From Alphaproteobacteria bacterium (GTDB taxonomy: Bacteria > Pseudomonadota > Alphaproteobacteria > GCA-2731375): a stretch of 64,000 nucleotides of DNA. Made by a program: the position numbers and the translations under genes. The stretch covers positions 5,226,193 to 5,290,192 of the forward strand of contig CBDDPY010000002.1 of assembly GCA_965232515.1 (NCBI GenBank), read 5' to 3'. Positions 9,568-19,866 of the stretch are shown here, piece after piece (positions within the stretch are counted from its first letter, which is position 1; each line of letters opens with the position of its first letter). The notes below the pieces were generated by a model, which saw nothing but the letters and a program-made list of their open reading frames with translations, made no database searches and was not told the origin of the DNA.

Positions 9568-9942
9568 ATGGCGCGCATTCTGGTCGCCGACGACGAGGAA
9601 TCGGTCCGCAGCTTCGTCACCCGCGCGCTCGAGGCGCACGGCCATGAGGCCGAGGGTGTTGCCGACGGCGCCCAGGCGCTGGAGGCGCTGGCGCGGGAAC
9701 GCTTCGATCTGCTGCTGACCGATATCGTCATGCCGATCATGGACGGCATCGCGCTGGCGCTGAAAGCGGCGCGCGACTATCCGGATCTGCGCATCCTGAT
9801 GATGACCGGCTTCGCCGAGCAGAAAAAGCGCGCCTACAACCTCGACACGCTGATCCATGACGTGATCTCGAAGCCGTTCAACCTGGAACAGATCGTCGCC
9901 GCCGTCGATGCGGCGCTGGCAGCCGAAAAATCGCGTGATTGA
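9568..9942 (+). CDS. cpdR: single-domain response regulator, CpdR-like
   Basis: 124-aa receiver domain (LVADDE...LLLTDIVMP...SKPF). It closely resembles my recollection of Caulobacter CpdR. Confidence 0.7.
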   Translation: MARILVADDEESVRSFVTRALEAHGHEAEGVADGAQALEALARERFDLLLTDIVMPIMDGIALALKAARDYPDLRILMMTGFAEQKKRAYNLDTLIHDVISKPFNLEQIVAAVDAALAAEKSRD

Positions 9943-9944
9943 CC

Positions 9945-9974
9945 GTCATGCCCGCGCCTGACGCGGGCATCCAG
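9945..9974. repeat. REP-like 30-bp palindromic element
   Basis: GTCATGCCCGCGcctgaCGCGGGCATCCAG directly after the cpdR stop codon; it may double as a terminator hairpin. Confidence 0.75.
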
Positions 9975-10006
9975 GAACGTTTGGGCAGGACGCGGCCAGA
10001 AGACCC

Positions 10007-12487
10007 CTAAAACTGCTCCAGCAGGCGGTCGATATAGTCGTGCTCGGCCGGCGCGCGGGTGCGGTCGGCGGCGCGGCGGCGCAACTCGTCCAGGATTTCG
10101 CGGGCCCGCTGCAGATCGGCCTCCTCGGGGATCGCCACGTCGCTGGTGTTGAGGCCGCCCTGCGGGTTGTTGCGGCCCAGCGGATCCTCGTCGGTCACGC
10201 CCATCTGCTCACCGTTCTGCTGGGCGTTGCCGAACTGCTGCGCCATCTCCTCCGCGAGCGACCGCATGCCCTCCGCCAATTGATCGAGGGCGCGGGTCTG
10301 GGCCTCGGCCGACGGCGATGCCTGGCCCTGCTGCAGCGCGTCGCGGGAATCGCGCATCGCCTGCTCGGCGCGGCCGAAGGGGCGCGGAATGTCGCCCAGG
10401 CTTTCGCCCATCTGCCGCATGATGTCGAACAGCTGCCGGCGCAGCGCTTCCTGCTCGGCCGACATGCCGGGCATGGGCTGGCCCTGCTGGCCGAACTGCT
10501 GCTGTCCCGGTTGCTGGCCGCGTTGTCCCGGCTGCGGCATCTGACCGCGCTGGCCCATTTGCGGCATCTGCCCGCGTTGGCCTTGCTGTTGCTGACCGCG
10601 CTGACCTTGCTGGGATTGGCGGAAGGTCTCGTCCAGCAGGCGCTGCTGCTGGCGCATCAGGTCGTTCAGCTCGCGCATGGCGCGCTCGGCGCCCTGCATC
10701 TGCTGCGGCATGGCCATCATCTGGCCGTTACGCATGTTCTCGAGCATTTCTTGCAGCTGGCGCAGCATCTCGCGGGCCGCGTCCTTGGCGCCCATGCGGC
10801 TCAGCTCGCGGGCCCGCTCGATCATGTCCTGCAGGTCCTGGGATTCGACCATCTGGCTGTTCGGATCCATCTGCTGCGGCTGCTCGCCGTTCTGGGCCTG
10901 CCGCATCGCCTGCTCGGCCATGGCCTGCAGATATTCCTGCAGCGCCCGGCTCAACTCGTCCATCAGACGCTCGATCTCGGCGTCGTCGGCGTCGCGGGCC
11001 AGCGCGTCCATCAGTGCCTGCTGGGCGTCGCGCAAGGCCCGTTCGGCCAGCGACACCTTGCCGTCCTCGATCCGGAGCGCGGTATCCCACAGCAGATCCT
11101 GCACGCTGGCGATGTCCTGTTTCTCGCCACTCCGGCGCAGCCGCGACACCGCGCTGTTCAGCGACAGATAGACGACGACGTCCTCATCGTAGGTTTCCGG
11201 GCCAGAGGCGATGCCGGCCAGCGCCAGCGCGATGATCCGCCGCCGCTCGGGCGCGCGCGACAGCTCCTTGCGCTGCTCGATAATGGCTTTCGCGACCGGA
11301 TGGTTGAAGGTGCGTTCCGGCAGCACGAAATCGATCTGCTCGCTATAGCCGTCCTGCTCGATGCCGTCGGTCGCGATCAATTCGAGCGTGACCGGCAGGC
11401 CGGCCCATGGATGCGGCGTCAGGTCGTGAAAGGCGGTGTCGGTCGCCGTCTGCAGGCCGATGCCCGGCAGCGGCATGTCCAGCGCCAGCACGTCGTCATT
11501 TTCGCTGTCACGCAGCCGGATTTCGGCGCGCACGGAGGCAATGCCGTAGTCGTCGGCGGCCTCGTAGTCGATCTTCAGCGCGTTGCGCAGCGTGACCGAC
11601 AGCTCTTCGCTGAGTGCGATCTCCGGCGGCAGGTCGGGCACCAGCGAGATCGGCCAGGCCGCCAGCTCGGTCTCGCCCTGGGACACCGACAGGCGCTGGC
11701 CCTCGGTCAGTTCCCGGCTCAGTTCGTGGTTCAGGGCATCGACGGTCTCGAACGGCTGGGCCGCCTCGTCGACCTTCAGGACCGGCTGGGCGTCGCCGCC
11801 GAAGACTCGGGCCAGTACCGTGCTGCCGACGGGCACGTGCACGACGCTATCGCTGCCCTGCGGCGGCAACTGGGTCGGCGCGATACGGGTATAGGCGGGC
11901 GGGTTGATCCAGACGTCGATCTCGGCCGCGACCGGCGCGGGGCCCGAAAAATCGGGCGTCACGGCGCGGGCAATGCGGTCGGCGCCGTCGCCGATACCGA
12001 CGGCGAGGCCGATGATCAGGGCCAGAAACACCACCGCGCGGGTCGCGAACCGGTCGCGGATGGCCAGGCCGGGATGCGGCAGTCCGACCTTCAGGCGCGC
12101 CACGGTCTCGCGCATGCGGCGCTGGTGGGTCTGCCACAGGATTTGCGCGGCGCTGTCGCGTTCACTCGACAGCGTGTCTTCGATGGCCGTCAGGGGGCGG
12201 TGCGGCAGCTCGCTGACCCGCTCGACCCGGCGCTGCGCCAGCGGGAAGTCCGGCAGCCGCAGGTTCCGCAGGCCCCGCCAGAGCAGGACGCCGAATGCGG
12301 CGAGCGCGCCCAGCAGCAGGATGGCGTGCAGCCAGCCCGGCAGCGCCGGCAGCAGGTCGGTCAGCGCCAACGCGACGAAGCCCGCCGCCACGGCGGTCGC
12401 CGGCCAAAGCGCCGGCCACAGCCGCTCCCAGCACAGGGCCAGCCAGGCCAGGACCAACCGACGTCCGATATAGGCTTTGTCGTGCAC
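10007..12487 (-). CDS. TIGR02302 / DUF4175 family membrane protein with a Gln-rich repeat region
   Basis: 826 aa with N-terminal TM helices, a long helical C-terminal part and a QGQRGQ repeat block, the usual look of this alphaproteobacterial family. Confidence 0.7.
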   Translation of the reverse strand: MHDKAYIGRRLVLAWLALCWERLWPALWPATAVAAGFVALALTDLLPALPGWLHAILLLGALAAFGVLLWRGLRNLRLPDFPLAQRRVERVSELPHRPLTAIEDTLSSERDSAAQILWQTHQRRMRETVARLKVGLPHPGLAIRDRFATRAVVFLALIIGLAVGIGDGADRIARAVTPDFSGPAPVAAEIDVWINPPAYTRIAPTQLPPQGSDSVVHVPVGSTVLARVFGGDAQPVLKVDEAAQPFETVDALNHELSRELTEGQRLSVSQGETELAAWPISLVPDLPPEIALSEELSVTLRNALKIDYEAADDYGIASVRAEIRLRDSENDDVLALDMPLPGIGLQTATDTAFHDLTPHPWAGLPVTLELIATDGIEQDGYSEQIDFVLPERTFNHPVAKAIIEQRKELSRAPERRRIIALALAGIASGPETYDEDVVVYLSLNSAVSRLRRSGEKQDIASVQDLLWDTALRIEDGKVSLAERALRDAQQALMDALARDADDAEIERLMDELSRALQEYLQAMAEQAMRQAQNGEQPQQMDPNSQMVESQDLQDMIERARELSRMGAKDAAREMLRQLQEMLENMRNGQMMAMPQQMQGAERAMRELNDLMRQQQRLLDETFRQSQQGQRGQQQQGQRGQMPQMGQRGQMPQPGQRGQQPGQQQFGQQGQPMPGMSAEQEALRRQLFDIMRQMGESLGDIPRPFGRAEQAMRDSRDALQQGQASPSAEAQTRALDQLAEGMRSLAEEMAQQFGNAQQNGEQMGVTDEDPLGRNNPQGGLNTSDVAIPEEADLQRAREILDELRRRAADRTRAPAEHDYIDRLLEQF

Positions 12488-13776
12488 TAGGCCGCTCCGC
12501 GTTCGGCGCCGTCGTCCGCCGCCAGCCAGGGCGGCAGATTGTCGAGCGTCAGCAGTTCATCGAGGGTCTGGCGCGACCGCACCACGGCGAAGTCGCTGCC
12601 GTTCACCAACACCTCGGCCGCCAGCGGCCGGCTGTTGTAGGTCGAGGACATCACCGCACTATAGGCGCCGGCGGACCGGACCGCGATCAAATCGTCGGGA
12701 TCGAGCGGCGGTGCCGGCCGGTTCGAGGCCAGCACGTCGCCGGATTCGCAGACCGGGCCGACATAGTCGACCGCGCCGAGCGTGGCGTCGGACGCGGCCT
12801 GCCGGACCGGCACGATATCGTGCCAGGCGTCGTAGAGCGACGGCCGGATCAGATCGTTCATGGCGGCGTCGAGGATCACGAAGCGCCGGCCCTCGTCCTT
12901 CACATAGATGACCTTGGCCACCAGCACGCCGGCATTGCCGACCAGCATGCGGCCTGGTTCGAATATAAGGCGGCAATCGGTATTGCCAACGACCCGCCGT
13001 ACCATGGCGGCGTATTCGGCCGGCGTCGGCGGCGTCTCGCCGCCGTAAGGAATGCCCAGGCCGCCGCCCAGGTCGATGCGGGCGATGTCGTGGCCCTCGG
13101 CCCTGAGCGCGCCGGCCAGATCGACGATGCGGCCGAACGCGGTCTCATAGGGCGCCAGATCCGTCAGTTGCGAGCCGATATGCAGCGACACGCCGACCAC
13201 CTCGATGCCCGGCAGCCTGGCGGCCATCCCGTAGATATCGTGCGCCCGGTTCCAGGGAATGCCGAACTTGTTGTCGAACTTGCCGGTTGTGATCTTTGCG
13301 TGTGTTTTGGCATCGACGTCAGGGTTGACCCGGACCGTCACCGGCGCGGCGACTCCGCGGCCCGCCGCCACCTCGCTCAAGGCCTTCAGTTCGGGCTCGC
13401 TCTCGACGTTGAACTGGTAGATGCCGGCGTCCAGCGCTTCGGCCATCTCGACCCTGGTCTTACCGACGCCGGCGAAGACGATGCGGTCGGCCGGGATGCC
13501 GGCGGTCAGCGCGCGCCGCAGCTCGCCGCCGGAGACGACGTCGGCGCCGGCGCCCATCTCGCCGAAGGTGCGGATCACGGCCTGGTTCGAATTCGCCTTC
13601 AGCGCATAGCAGACCAGCGCGTCGCGGTCGGCGAATTCGCCGGCGAAGACCTGATAGTGCCGGGCCATGGTGGCGGTCGAATAGCAGAAGAACGGCGTGC
13701 CGACGTCAGCCGCGATGCGGGCCAGCGGCACATCCTCGGCATACATCTCGCCGTCGCGATAACTGAAATGGTCCAT
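12487..13776 (-). CDS. lysA: diaminopimelate decarboxylase
   Basis: 429 aa with YALKAN (PLP lysine), HIGSQ, GGGLGIPY and CESGD motifs. Confidence 0.95.
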   Translation of the reverse strand: MDHFSYRDGEMYAEDVPLARIAADVGTPFFCYSTATMARHYQVFAGEFADRDALVCYALKANSNQAVIRTFGEMGAGADVVSGGELRRALTAGIPADRIVFAGVGKTRVEMAEALDAGIYQFNVESEPELKALSEVAAGRGVAAPVTVRVNPDVDAKTHAKITTGKFDNKFGIPWNRAHDIYGMAARLPGIEVVGVSLHIGSQLTDLAPYETAFGRIVDLAGALRAEGHDIARIDLGGGLGIPYGGETPPTPAEYAAMVRRVVGNTDCRLIFEPGRMLVGNAGVLVAKVIYVKDEGRRFVILDAAMNDLIRPSLYDAWHDIVPVRQAASDATLGAVDYVGPVCESGDVLASNRPAPPLDPDDLIAVRSAGAYSAVMSSTYNSRPLAAEVLVNGSDFAVVRSRQTLDELLTLDNLPPWLAADDGAERGAA

Positions 13777-13780
13777 GGCC

Positions 13781-13927
13781 TCAGTTCGTCGTTGCCGGAC
13801 GCCGCTTCTTCGCGTCCTCCTCGTCCGCGGCCTTCGGCGGATCCTCCAACGGTCCCTTCTTGCCGCAGGCGGACAGTCCGGCCGTGGCCGCGAAAGCGAA
13901 CAGAATAGCGAAAATCAGCCGGGTCAT
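13781..13927 (-). CDS. small lipoprotein, LptM(YifL)-like
   Basis: Too short for the ORF track. My translation is [48 protein letters not shown], with lipobox LSAC followed by GKKGPL. Its ATG overlaps the argH stop (ATGA), at the conserved argH-lysA position. Confidence 0.7.
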   Translation of the reverse strand: MTRLIFAILFAFAATAGLSACGKKGPLEDPPKAADEEDAKKRRPATTN

Positions 13928-15324
13928 GCCAGCCGCGCCTTCGCCGCCGCGATCGCCTGCAGCACCTGGCTCGGCGCCGTGCCGCCATAGCTCGTGCGGC
14001 TGCGCACCGAATTCTCGACGCCCAGCACCTCGAACACCTCCGATGTGATCGCCGGCTCGACGCCCGTCATGTCGTCGAGCGACAGCTCGGCGAGGTCGCA
14101 GCCGCGCTGTTCGGCAATCGCCACCAGCCGGCCCGTGACATGGTGCGCCTGCCGGAACGGCAGTCCGGCCGCGCGCACCAGCCAGTCGGCGAGATCGGTC
14201 GCCGTGCTGAAGCCGGCGCCGGCGGCGCTCGCCATGGCATCTCGGTTGACGCCCATGTCCCGCACCATGCCGGCCATGGCGGCGAGCGTCAGCGCCATCG
14301 TGTCGGCGACCTCGAAAACCGGTTCCTTGTCTTCCTGCATGTCCTTCGAATAAGTCATCGGCAGGCCTTTCATGACAATCAGCAGCGCGTTCAGATCGCC
14401 GATCACCCGGCCGGCCTTGGCGCGGATCAGCTCGGCGGCATCCGGATTGCGTTTCTGCGGCATGATCGACGAGCCGGTGCTGAAGGCGTCGCTCAACTGC
14501 ACGAAGCCGAACTGTGCCGACGACCAGTTAACGATTTCTTCAGCGAGCCGCGACAGGTGCGTCGCGCAGATCGCCGCCGCCGCGAGATATTCGATCGCGA
14601 AGTCGCGCGACGCGACCGCGTCCATCGAGTTCGCCATCGGCCGGTCGAAACCGAGCGCCTTGCTGGTCGCCTCGCGGTCGATCGGAAACGACGTGCCGGC
14701 CAGCGCCGCCGCGCCCAGCGGACATTCGTTCATGCGCCGCCGGCAATCGGCGGCTCGGCCGGCGTCGCGCGCAAACATCTCGACATAGGCCATCATGTGG
14801 TGGCCGAAGGTGACGGGCTGGGCCGCCTGCAGGTGCGTGAAACCCGGCATCACCGCATCCACATGGGCCTCGGCCTGGCTCAACAGCGCCCGTTGCAGGT
14901 CGTCCAGCCCGGCGATCAGCTCGTCGAGCGCGCCGCGCACCCAGATCCGGAAGTCGGTCGCCACCTGGTCGTTGCGCGACCGCCCCGTATGCAGCCGGCC
15001 GGCCGGCTCGCCGATGATCTCGGCCAGGCGCGCCTCGACATGCATGTGAATATCCTCGCGCGCCGCCGAATAGGTGAACGTGCCGGCCCGGATCTCGTCT
15101 TCGACCTGGTCAAGCCCTTTCAAGATCGCGTGACCGTCGTCCTCGGTCAGGATTCCCTGGGCGACCAGCATGTTACAATGCGCGCGGCTGCCGGCGATGT
15201 CTTCGGCATAAAAACGGCGGTCGAAGTCGATGGAGGCGTTGATCCGCTCCATGATCTCCGCGTGGCCTCCGGCGAAGCGGCCGCCCCAGAGCGCATTGGC
15301 GTCGCGACGCGGCTTGTCGGTCAT
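13924..15324 (-). CDS. argH: argininosuccinate lyase
   Basis: 466 aa with [12 protein letters not shown] (fumarate-lyase signature) and HTGRSRNDQ. Confidence 0.95.
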   Translation of the reverse strand: MTDKPRRDANALWGGRFAGGHAEIMERINASIDFDRRFYAEDIAGSRAHCNMLVAQGILTEDDGHAILKGLDQVEDEIRAGTFTYSAAREDIHMHVEARLAEIIGEPAGRLHTGRSRNDQVATDFRIWVRGALDELIAGLDDLQRALLSQAEAHVDAVMPGFTHLQAAQPVTFGHHMMAYVEMFARDAGRAADCRRRMNECPLGAAALAGTSFPIDREATSKALGFDRPMANSMDAVASRDFAIEYLAAAAICATHLSRLAEEIVNWSSAQFGFVQLSDAFSTGSSIMPQKRNPDAAELIRAKAGRVIGDLNALLIVMKGLPMTYSKDMQEDKEPVFEVADTMALTLAAMAGMVRDMGVNRDAMASAAGAGFSTATDLADWLVRAAGLPFRQAHHVTGRLVAIAEQRGCDLAELSLDDMTGVEPAITSEVFEVLGVENSVRSRTSYGGTAPSQVLQAIAAAKARLA

Positions 15325-15383
15325 ATCTTGAACTCCTACCTAACGAAGTGCGTTTACAAAGCAGGCGCGTGCAAAGGGTGACG

Positions 15384-15965
15384 ATGTCGAAACTACGGTC
15401 GAAGTTGCGCATTCTCCGGACCGGCCTGATCGGCTTCTGCCTGGGCATCGCGCTCACGTTGCCAGCGGCGGCCGAACCGCCGGCCGATCTCGCCTCCGGC
15501 GCGATGGCGAACTTTACAATTTTGCCCGAGCCCAAGCCAGGGCCCGAGGTCAGTTTCGTCAACGGCGACGGCAAGGAACTCAGTCTGGCTGATTTCCGCG
15601 GCAAGGTGCTGCTGGTCAACCTGTGGGCCACCTGGTGCGGACCGTGCCGGCGCGAGATGCCGGATCTCGACGCTCTGCAGGCGGAATTCGGCGGCGACAA
15701 GTTCGAGGTCGTGGCGATCTCGGCCGACCGGCAGGGACCGTCGGTAATCGGCCCGTTCTATGACGAGGTCGGCGTCAAGAACCTGGTGCACTACAACGAC
15801 AAGACCATGAAGACGCACCGCGCGATGCGGTCGCTCGGCCTGCCCACCACGATCATGTACGATGCCAAGGGCCGCGAGGTCGGGCGCCTGATCGGCCCGG
15901 CCCACTGGGCCGCGCCCGAGGCCTTCCGTCTGGTCCGATACTTCGTCGACGCGGCGGGTTCCTAG
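15384..15965 (+). CDS. TlpA-family thiol:disulfide oxidoreductase
   Basis: Internal ATG of ORF 15348..15965. Signal/TM segment followed by the WATWCGPC thioredoxin motif. Confidence 0.85.
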   Translation: MSKLRSKLRILRTGLIGFCLGIALTLPAAAEPPADLASGAMANFTILPEPKPGPEVSFVNGDGKELSLADFRGKVLLVNLWATWCGPCRREMPDLDALQAEFGGDKFEVVAISADRQGPSVIGPFYDEVGVKNLVHYNDKTMKTHRAMRSLGLPTTIMYDAKGREVGRLIGPAHWAAPEAFRLVRYFVDAAGS

Positions 15966-15988
15966 ATCGAATTCGATGCCGCTCGGCT

Positions 15989-16288
15989 TCAGCCGTCGTC
16001 GTCGATCTGATCGGTCAGCCAGTCGATCACGCGGTTGACGTTCGGCTGGGTCATGTCGAAGGTCAGCGCCAGGCCGTCCGGCATCGACCGCACCACGGTG
16101 ACCTGAAAGCGGTTGTCGGCGTCGATCACCAGGGCGCCGATGCTGCCGGCGCCGGCCTTCAGCGTGGTCTTCACGCAAACCCCGCCCATCGACAGGTTGC
16201 ACAGGGTGCAAGGCGCCGAATCCTTGCCGATCACCAGCTCGTATTGGCCGGACGCATCTCGTCGCGTGTGTTCGCGTCGTTCGTTCAC
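15989..16288 (-). CDS. PilZ-domain protein
   Basis: 99 aa with N-terminal RREHTRR and a later NLSMGG motif (RxxxR ... D/NxSxxG pattern). The GTG start overlaps the hbd stop (GTGA). Confidence 0.65.
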   Translation of the reverse strand: MNERREHTRRDASGQYELVIGKDSAPCTLCNLSMGGVCVKTTLKAGAGSIGALVIDADNRFQVTVVRSMPDGLALTFDMTQPNVNRVIDWLTDQIDDDG

Positions 16289-17157
16289 CGGGTCGGCATC
16301 GGCGTGTCGCCGCTATAATCGTAGAAACCGCGTCCGGTCTTGCGGCCAAGCCAGCCGGCCTCGACGTATTTCACCAGCAGCGGACAGGGGCGGTATTTGC
16401 TGTCGGCCAGACCCTCGTACAGCACCTGCATGATCGACAGGCAGGTATCGAGGCCGATGAAGTCGGCGAGCTGCAATGGGCCCATGGGATGATGCGCGCC
16501 GAGCCGCATGCTGGTGTCGATCGCCTCGACGCTGCCGACGCCCTCATAAAGCGTGTAGATCGCCTCGTTGATCATCGGCAGCAGGATCCGGTTGACGATG
16601 AAGGCCGGGAAATCCTCGGCGTTCGCCGGCGTCTTGCCCAACTTGACGACGATCTCCCGGATCGCGTCGAAGGTCGCTTGATCCGTGGCGATGCCGCGGA
16701 TCAGCTCGACCAGCTCCATCGCCGGCACCGGGTTCATGAAATGCATGCCCATGAACTTCTCGGGCCGATCGGTGGCGGCGGCGAGGCGGGTGATCGAAAT
16801 CGACGAGCTGTTGGTCGTGATCAGCGCGGTCTCGGACAATTGCGGGCACAGCTCGGCGAAGATCTGGCGTTTGACCTGCTCGTCCTCGGTCGCCGCTTCG
16901 ACCGCCAGGTCGACCTTGTCGAAGGCCTCCAGGCTGTCGACCTCCTGAATGCGGCCGAGGGCCGCGTTCATTTCGTCCTCGCTGATCTTTTCGCGCGCGA
17001 CCTGTCGCTTCAGGTTGCCGTGGATTGTCGCCATGGCGCGGTCGCGCTGATCGGCGTTGCTGTCGTAGAGCAGAATGTCGTACCCGGCGAGCGAGCAGAC
17101 ATGGGCGATGCCGTTGCCCATCTGGCCGGCGCCGATAATGCCGATCGTATTTATCAT
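16285..17157 (-). CDS. hbd: 3-hydroxybutyryl-CoA dehydrogenase
   Basis: 290 aa with IGIIGAGQMGNGIA NAD fold and the HFMNPVP and GFYDY motifs. Confidence 0.9.
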   Translation of the reverse strand: MINTIGIIGAGQMGNGIAHVCSLAGYDILLYDSNADQRDRAMATIHGNLKRQVAREKISEDEMNAALGRIQEVDSLEAFDKVDLAVEAATEDEQVKRQIFAELCPQLSETALITTNSSSISITRLAAATDRPEKFMGMHFMNPVPAMELVELIRGIATDQATFDAIREIVVKLGKTPANAEDFPAFIVNRILLPMINEAIYTLYEGVGSVEAIDTSMRLGAHHPMGPLQLADFIGLDTCLSIMQVLYEGLADSKYRPCPLLVKYVEAGWLGRKTGRGFYDYSGDTPMPTR

Positions 17158-17185
17158 CTCGCTACCTCGGGGCCGGCCGCGCGGC

Positions 17186-18133
17186 TCAGGCCGGCGGCAG
17201 CTTTTCCAGCTCCTGCTCGAGTTCGGGCACCGCGTTGAACAGGTCGGCGACCAGGCCGTAATCGGCGACCTGGAAAATCGGCGCCTCCTCGTCCTTGTTG
17301 ATGGCGACGATCACCTTGCTGTCCTTCATGCCGGCCAGATGCTGAATGGCGCCGGAGATGCCGACGGCGATATAGAGCTCCGGCGCGACCACCTTGCCGG
17401 TCTGGCCGACCTGGTAATCGTTCGGCACGAAGCCGGCGTCGACCGCGGCCCGGCTGGCGCCGACGGCGGCGCCCAGCTTGTCGGCGACCTTCTCGATCAG
17501 ATGGAAGTTATCGCCGGACTGCATGCCGCGACCGCCCGAAATCACCACTCGGGCGCTGGTCAGCTCGGGCCGTTCCGACTTCGACAGCTCGGCGCCGACG
17601 AAGCTCGACAGGCCCGGATCGTTCGCCGCGCCGACGGTCTTGACCGCCGCCGAGCCGCCGGTCGCTTCGGCCTTGGCGAAGGTCGTGGTGCGTACGGTGA
17701 TGGCCTTGAAGCCATCGCTCGACTGCACCGTCGCCATGGCGTTGCCGGCATAGATCGGCCGCACGAAGGTATCGGCGGACTCGACGGCGGTGATGTCGGA
17801 GATCTGGCTCACGTCCTTCAGCGCGGCGACGCGGGGCATGTAGTTCTTGCCCGTGGTCGTGGCCGCGGCCAGCACGGCGCCGTAATTGTCGGCCAACGAC
17901 ACCAGCAGATCGGCCATCGGCTCGGCCAGCGCGTGCTCGTAGTGCGGCGCGTCGGCGACCAGCACTTTCGACACACCGGCGATCTGCGCCGCGGCTTCGG
18001 CCACCGCGCCGCAACCGGCCCCGGCGACCAGGACATGCACGTCGCTGTCGATGGCGGCGGCGGCGGTGACAACGTTCAACGTGGCCGGCTTCAGCTCGGC
18101 ATTGTCGTGTTCGGCAACGACCAGGACGGCCAT
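17186..18133 (-). CDS. etfA: electron transfer flavoprotein alpha subunit
   Basis: 315 aa with C-terminal [22 protein letters not shown]-binding signature. Confidence 0.95.
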   Translation of the reverse strand: MAVLVVAEHDNAELKPATLNVVTAAAAIDSDVHVLVAGAGCGAVAEAAAQIAGVSKVLVADAPHYEHALAEPMADLLVSLADNYGAVLAAATTTGKNYMPRVAALKDVSQISDITAVESADTFVRPIYAGNAMATVQSSDGFKAITVRTTTFAKAEATGGSAAVKTVGAANDPGLSSFVGAELSKSERPELTSARVVISGGRGMQSGDNFHLIEKVADKLGAAVGASRAAVDAGFVPNDYQVGQTGKVVAPELYIAVGISGAIQHLAGMKDSKVIVAINKDEEAPIFQVADYGLVADLFNAVPELEQELEKLPPA

Positions 18134-18882
18134 CAGATCACTCCCGCTTCGTTACGCAGTTTGTCGACCAGTTCGGCGATGGTCTCGACCTTGACGCCGG
18201 CCTGGCGCTTCGGCGGCTCCTCGACCTTCAGCGTGGTCTGGCGCGGCGCCGTGTCGACGCCCAGATCCGCCGGCGCGCTCTCGTCGATTGGCTTCTTCTT
18301 CGCCTTCATGATGTTCGGCAGCGAGGCATAGCGCGGCTCGTTCAGGCGCAGGTCCGTTGTGACCACGGCCGGCATGTTCAATGCCACCGTCTGCAGCCCG
18401 CCGTCGACCTCGCGGGTGACGTTCAGCTTGCCGTCGGCCAGCTCCAGCTTCGAGGCGAACGTGCCCTGCGACCAGTTCAACAGCGCGCCAAGCATCTGGC
18501 CGGTCTGGTTGCAGTCGTCGTCGATCGCCTGCTTGCCCATGATGATCAGGTCGGGGCTTTCCTTCTCGACCAACGCCTTCAGGATCTTCGCCACGTGCAG
18601 CGGCTCCAGCGCGTCCTCGGTCTTCACCAGAATGCCGCGGTCGGCGCCCATGGCCAGTGCCGTGCGGATCGTCTCCTGGCATTGCTGCACGCCGATGCTG
18701 ACGGCGACGATCTCTTCAGCCTGGCCGGCCTCCTTCAGGCGGATGGCCTCCTCGACGGCGATCTCGTCGAACGGATTCATCGACATTTTGACGTTGTTCA
18801 GGTCGACGCCGGTGCCGTCCGCCTTGACGCGGATCTTCACGTTGTAGTCGACCACCCGTTTGACGGGGACCAGGATCTTCAT
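18133..18882 (-). CDS. etfB: electron transfer flavoprotein beta subunit
   Basis: 249 aa, [13 protein letters not shown]...[12 protein letters not shown]. 1-nt overlap with etfA. Confidence 0.95.
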   Translation of the reverse strand: MKILVPVKRVVDYNVKIRVKADGTGVDLNNVKMSMNPFDEIAVEEAIRLKEAGQAEEIVAVSIGVQQCQETIRTALAMGADRGILVKTEDALEPLHVAKILKALVEKESPDLIIMGKQAIDDDCNQTGQMLGALLNWSQGTFASKLELADGKLNVTREVDGGLQTVALNMPAVVTTDLRLNEPRYASLPNIMKAKKKPIDESAPADLGVDTAPRQTTLKVEEPPKRQAGVKVETIAELVDKLRNEAGVI

Positions 18883-19032
18883 TCTTGACGCGCTCCGGGT
18901 GAGTAGCGGGACCGCCGTCCGGGCTCGGAAAATCGGCGGCGGTATTGGAAATTCGTTCGAAAATCGAGCGGCAAAATAGTTCTCCGGTCAGGGCAAGTCA
19001 ACGAATCGCGTGCAGTGCAGCATGGATCGCCG

Positions 19033-19596
19033 TCAGCGGTTCGCCCCCGGCGTCCACAGCACGTCGCGGGCGCCGTCATCGTTGAGGTGCCGGCCCAGGA
19101 CGAACAGGTGGTCCGACAGCCGGTTGATGTATTTCATCGCCTGCTCGTTGACCGGCTCGGCCGCGGCCAGCTCGACCATCAGCCGCTCGGCCCGGCGGCT
19201 AACGGTGCGGGCGAGATGCAGGTGCGCCGCGGCCGCCGTGCCGCCCGGCAGGATGAAGGATTTCAACGGCGCCAGTTTTTCGTTCATGGCGTCGATCTCG
19301 GCCTCGAGCCGGGTCACCTGCGGCGCGACGATGCGCAATGCGCCGGCGCTGCGTTCGTTGCCTTCCGGCGTGCAGAGATCGGCGCCCAGGTCGAACAGGT
19401 CGTTCTGGATCCGCGCCAGCATGGCGTCGGCCTCGCCGTCGGTATGCAGGCGTGCGAGGCCGATGGCGGCGTTGGCCTCATCGACGGTGCCGTAGGCGGC
19501 GATGCGCACATCCGTCTTCGGCCGGCGGCTGCCGTCGCCCAGGCCGGTCTCGCCGGCATCGCCGGTGCGCGTATAGATCTTCGACAGCGTCACCAT
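19033..19596 (-). CDS. PduO-type ATP:cob(I)alamin adenosyltransferase
   Basis: 187 aa, KIYTRTGDAGETGL...YGTVDEANA. Confidence 0.9.
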   Translation of the reverse strand: MVTLSKIYTRTGDAGETGLGDGSRRPKTDVRIAAYGTVDEANAAIGLARLHTDGEADAMLARIQNDLFDLGADLCTPEGNERSAGALRIVAPQVTRLEAEIDAMNEKLAPLKSFILPGGTAAAAHLHLARTVSRRAERLMVELAAAEPVNEQAMKYINRLSDHLFVLGRHLNDDGARDVLWTPGANR

Positions 19597-19608
19597 GATC
19601 GATGTTTC

Positions 19609-19803
19609 CTAACCCCGGTTGGCCAGGTAGATCAGCAGGATGATGCCCAGCGCCACGGCCTGCAGGATCACGCGCCAGCGCATCAGCGCATTGCCGTGCT
19701 TGCGGTTGAAGTCGCCGCCTTTCGCCATGCTGACCACGCCAAACAGCAGCACGCCGGTAATCGCGATCAGCGCGGCGACCAGCAGGATATTCAGAAATGC
19801 CAT
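19609..19803 (-). CDS. twin-transmembrane-helix small protein (HIG1-like)
   Basis: 64 aa with two TM helices flanking NRKHGNALMRWRV. Confidence 0.7.
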   Translation of the reverse strand: MAFLNILLVAALIAITGVLLFGVVSMAKGGDFNRKHGNALMRWRVILQAVALGIILLIYLANRG

Positions 19804-19866
19804 GCGTCAACATATACGCCGGCCGTCCGGCGCAGCCAGCCTAATTTAGCGAGGCGCGTTGGTGCG

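Noticed and set aside
10040-12490. 816-aa ORF on the + strand, with similar very long ORFs at 12295..13908 (+), 26081..27931 (-), 28219..29787 (-), 38324..40102 (-), 19015..20070 (+) and 20795..22027 (-).
   Set aside because: All lie antisense or off-frame to genes with clear family motifs. Their products are Arg/Ala/Gly/Pro-rich low-complexity strings typical of non-coding frames in high-G+C DNA, and none has a sensible start context.
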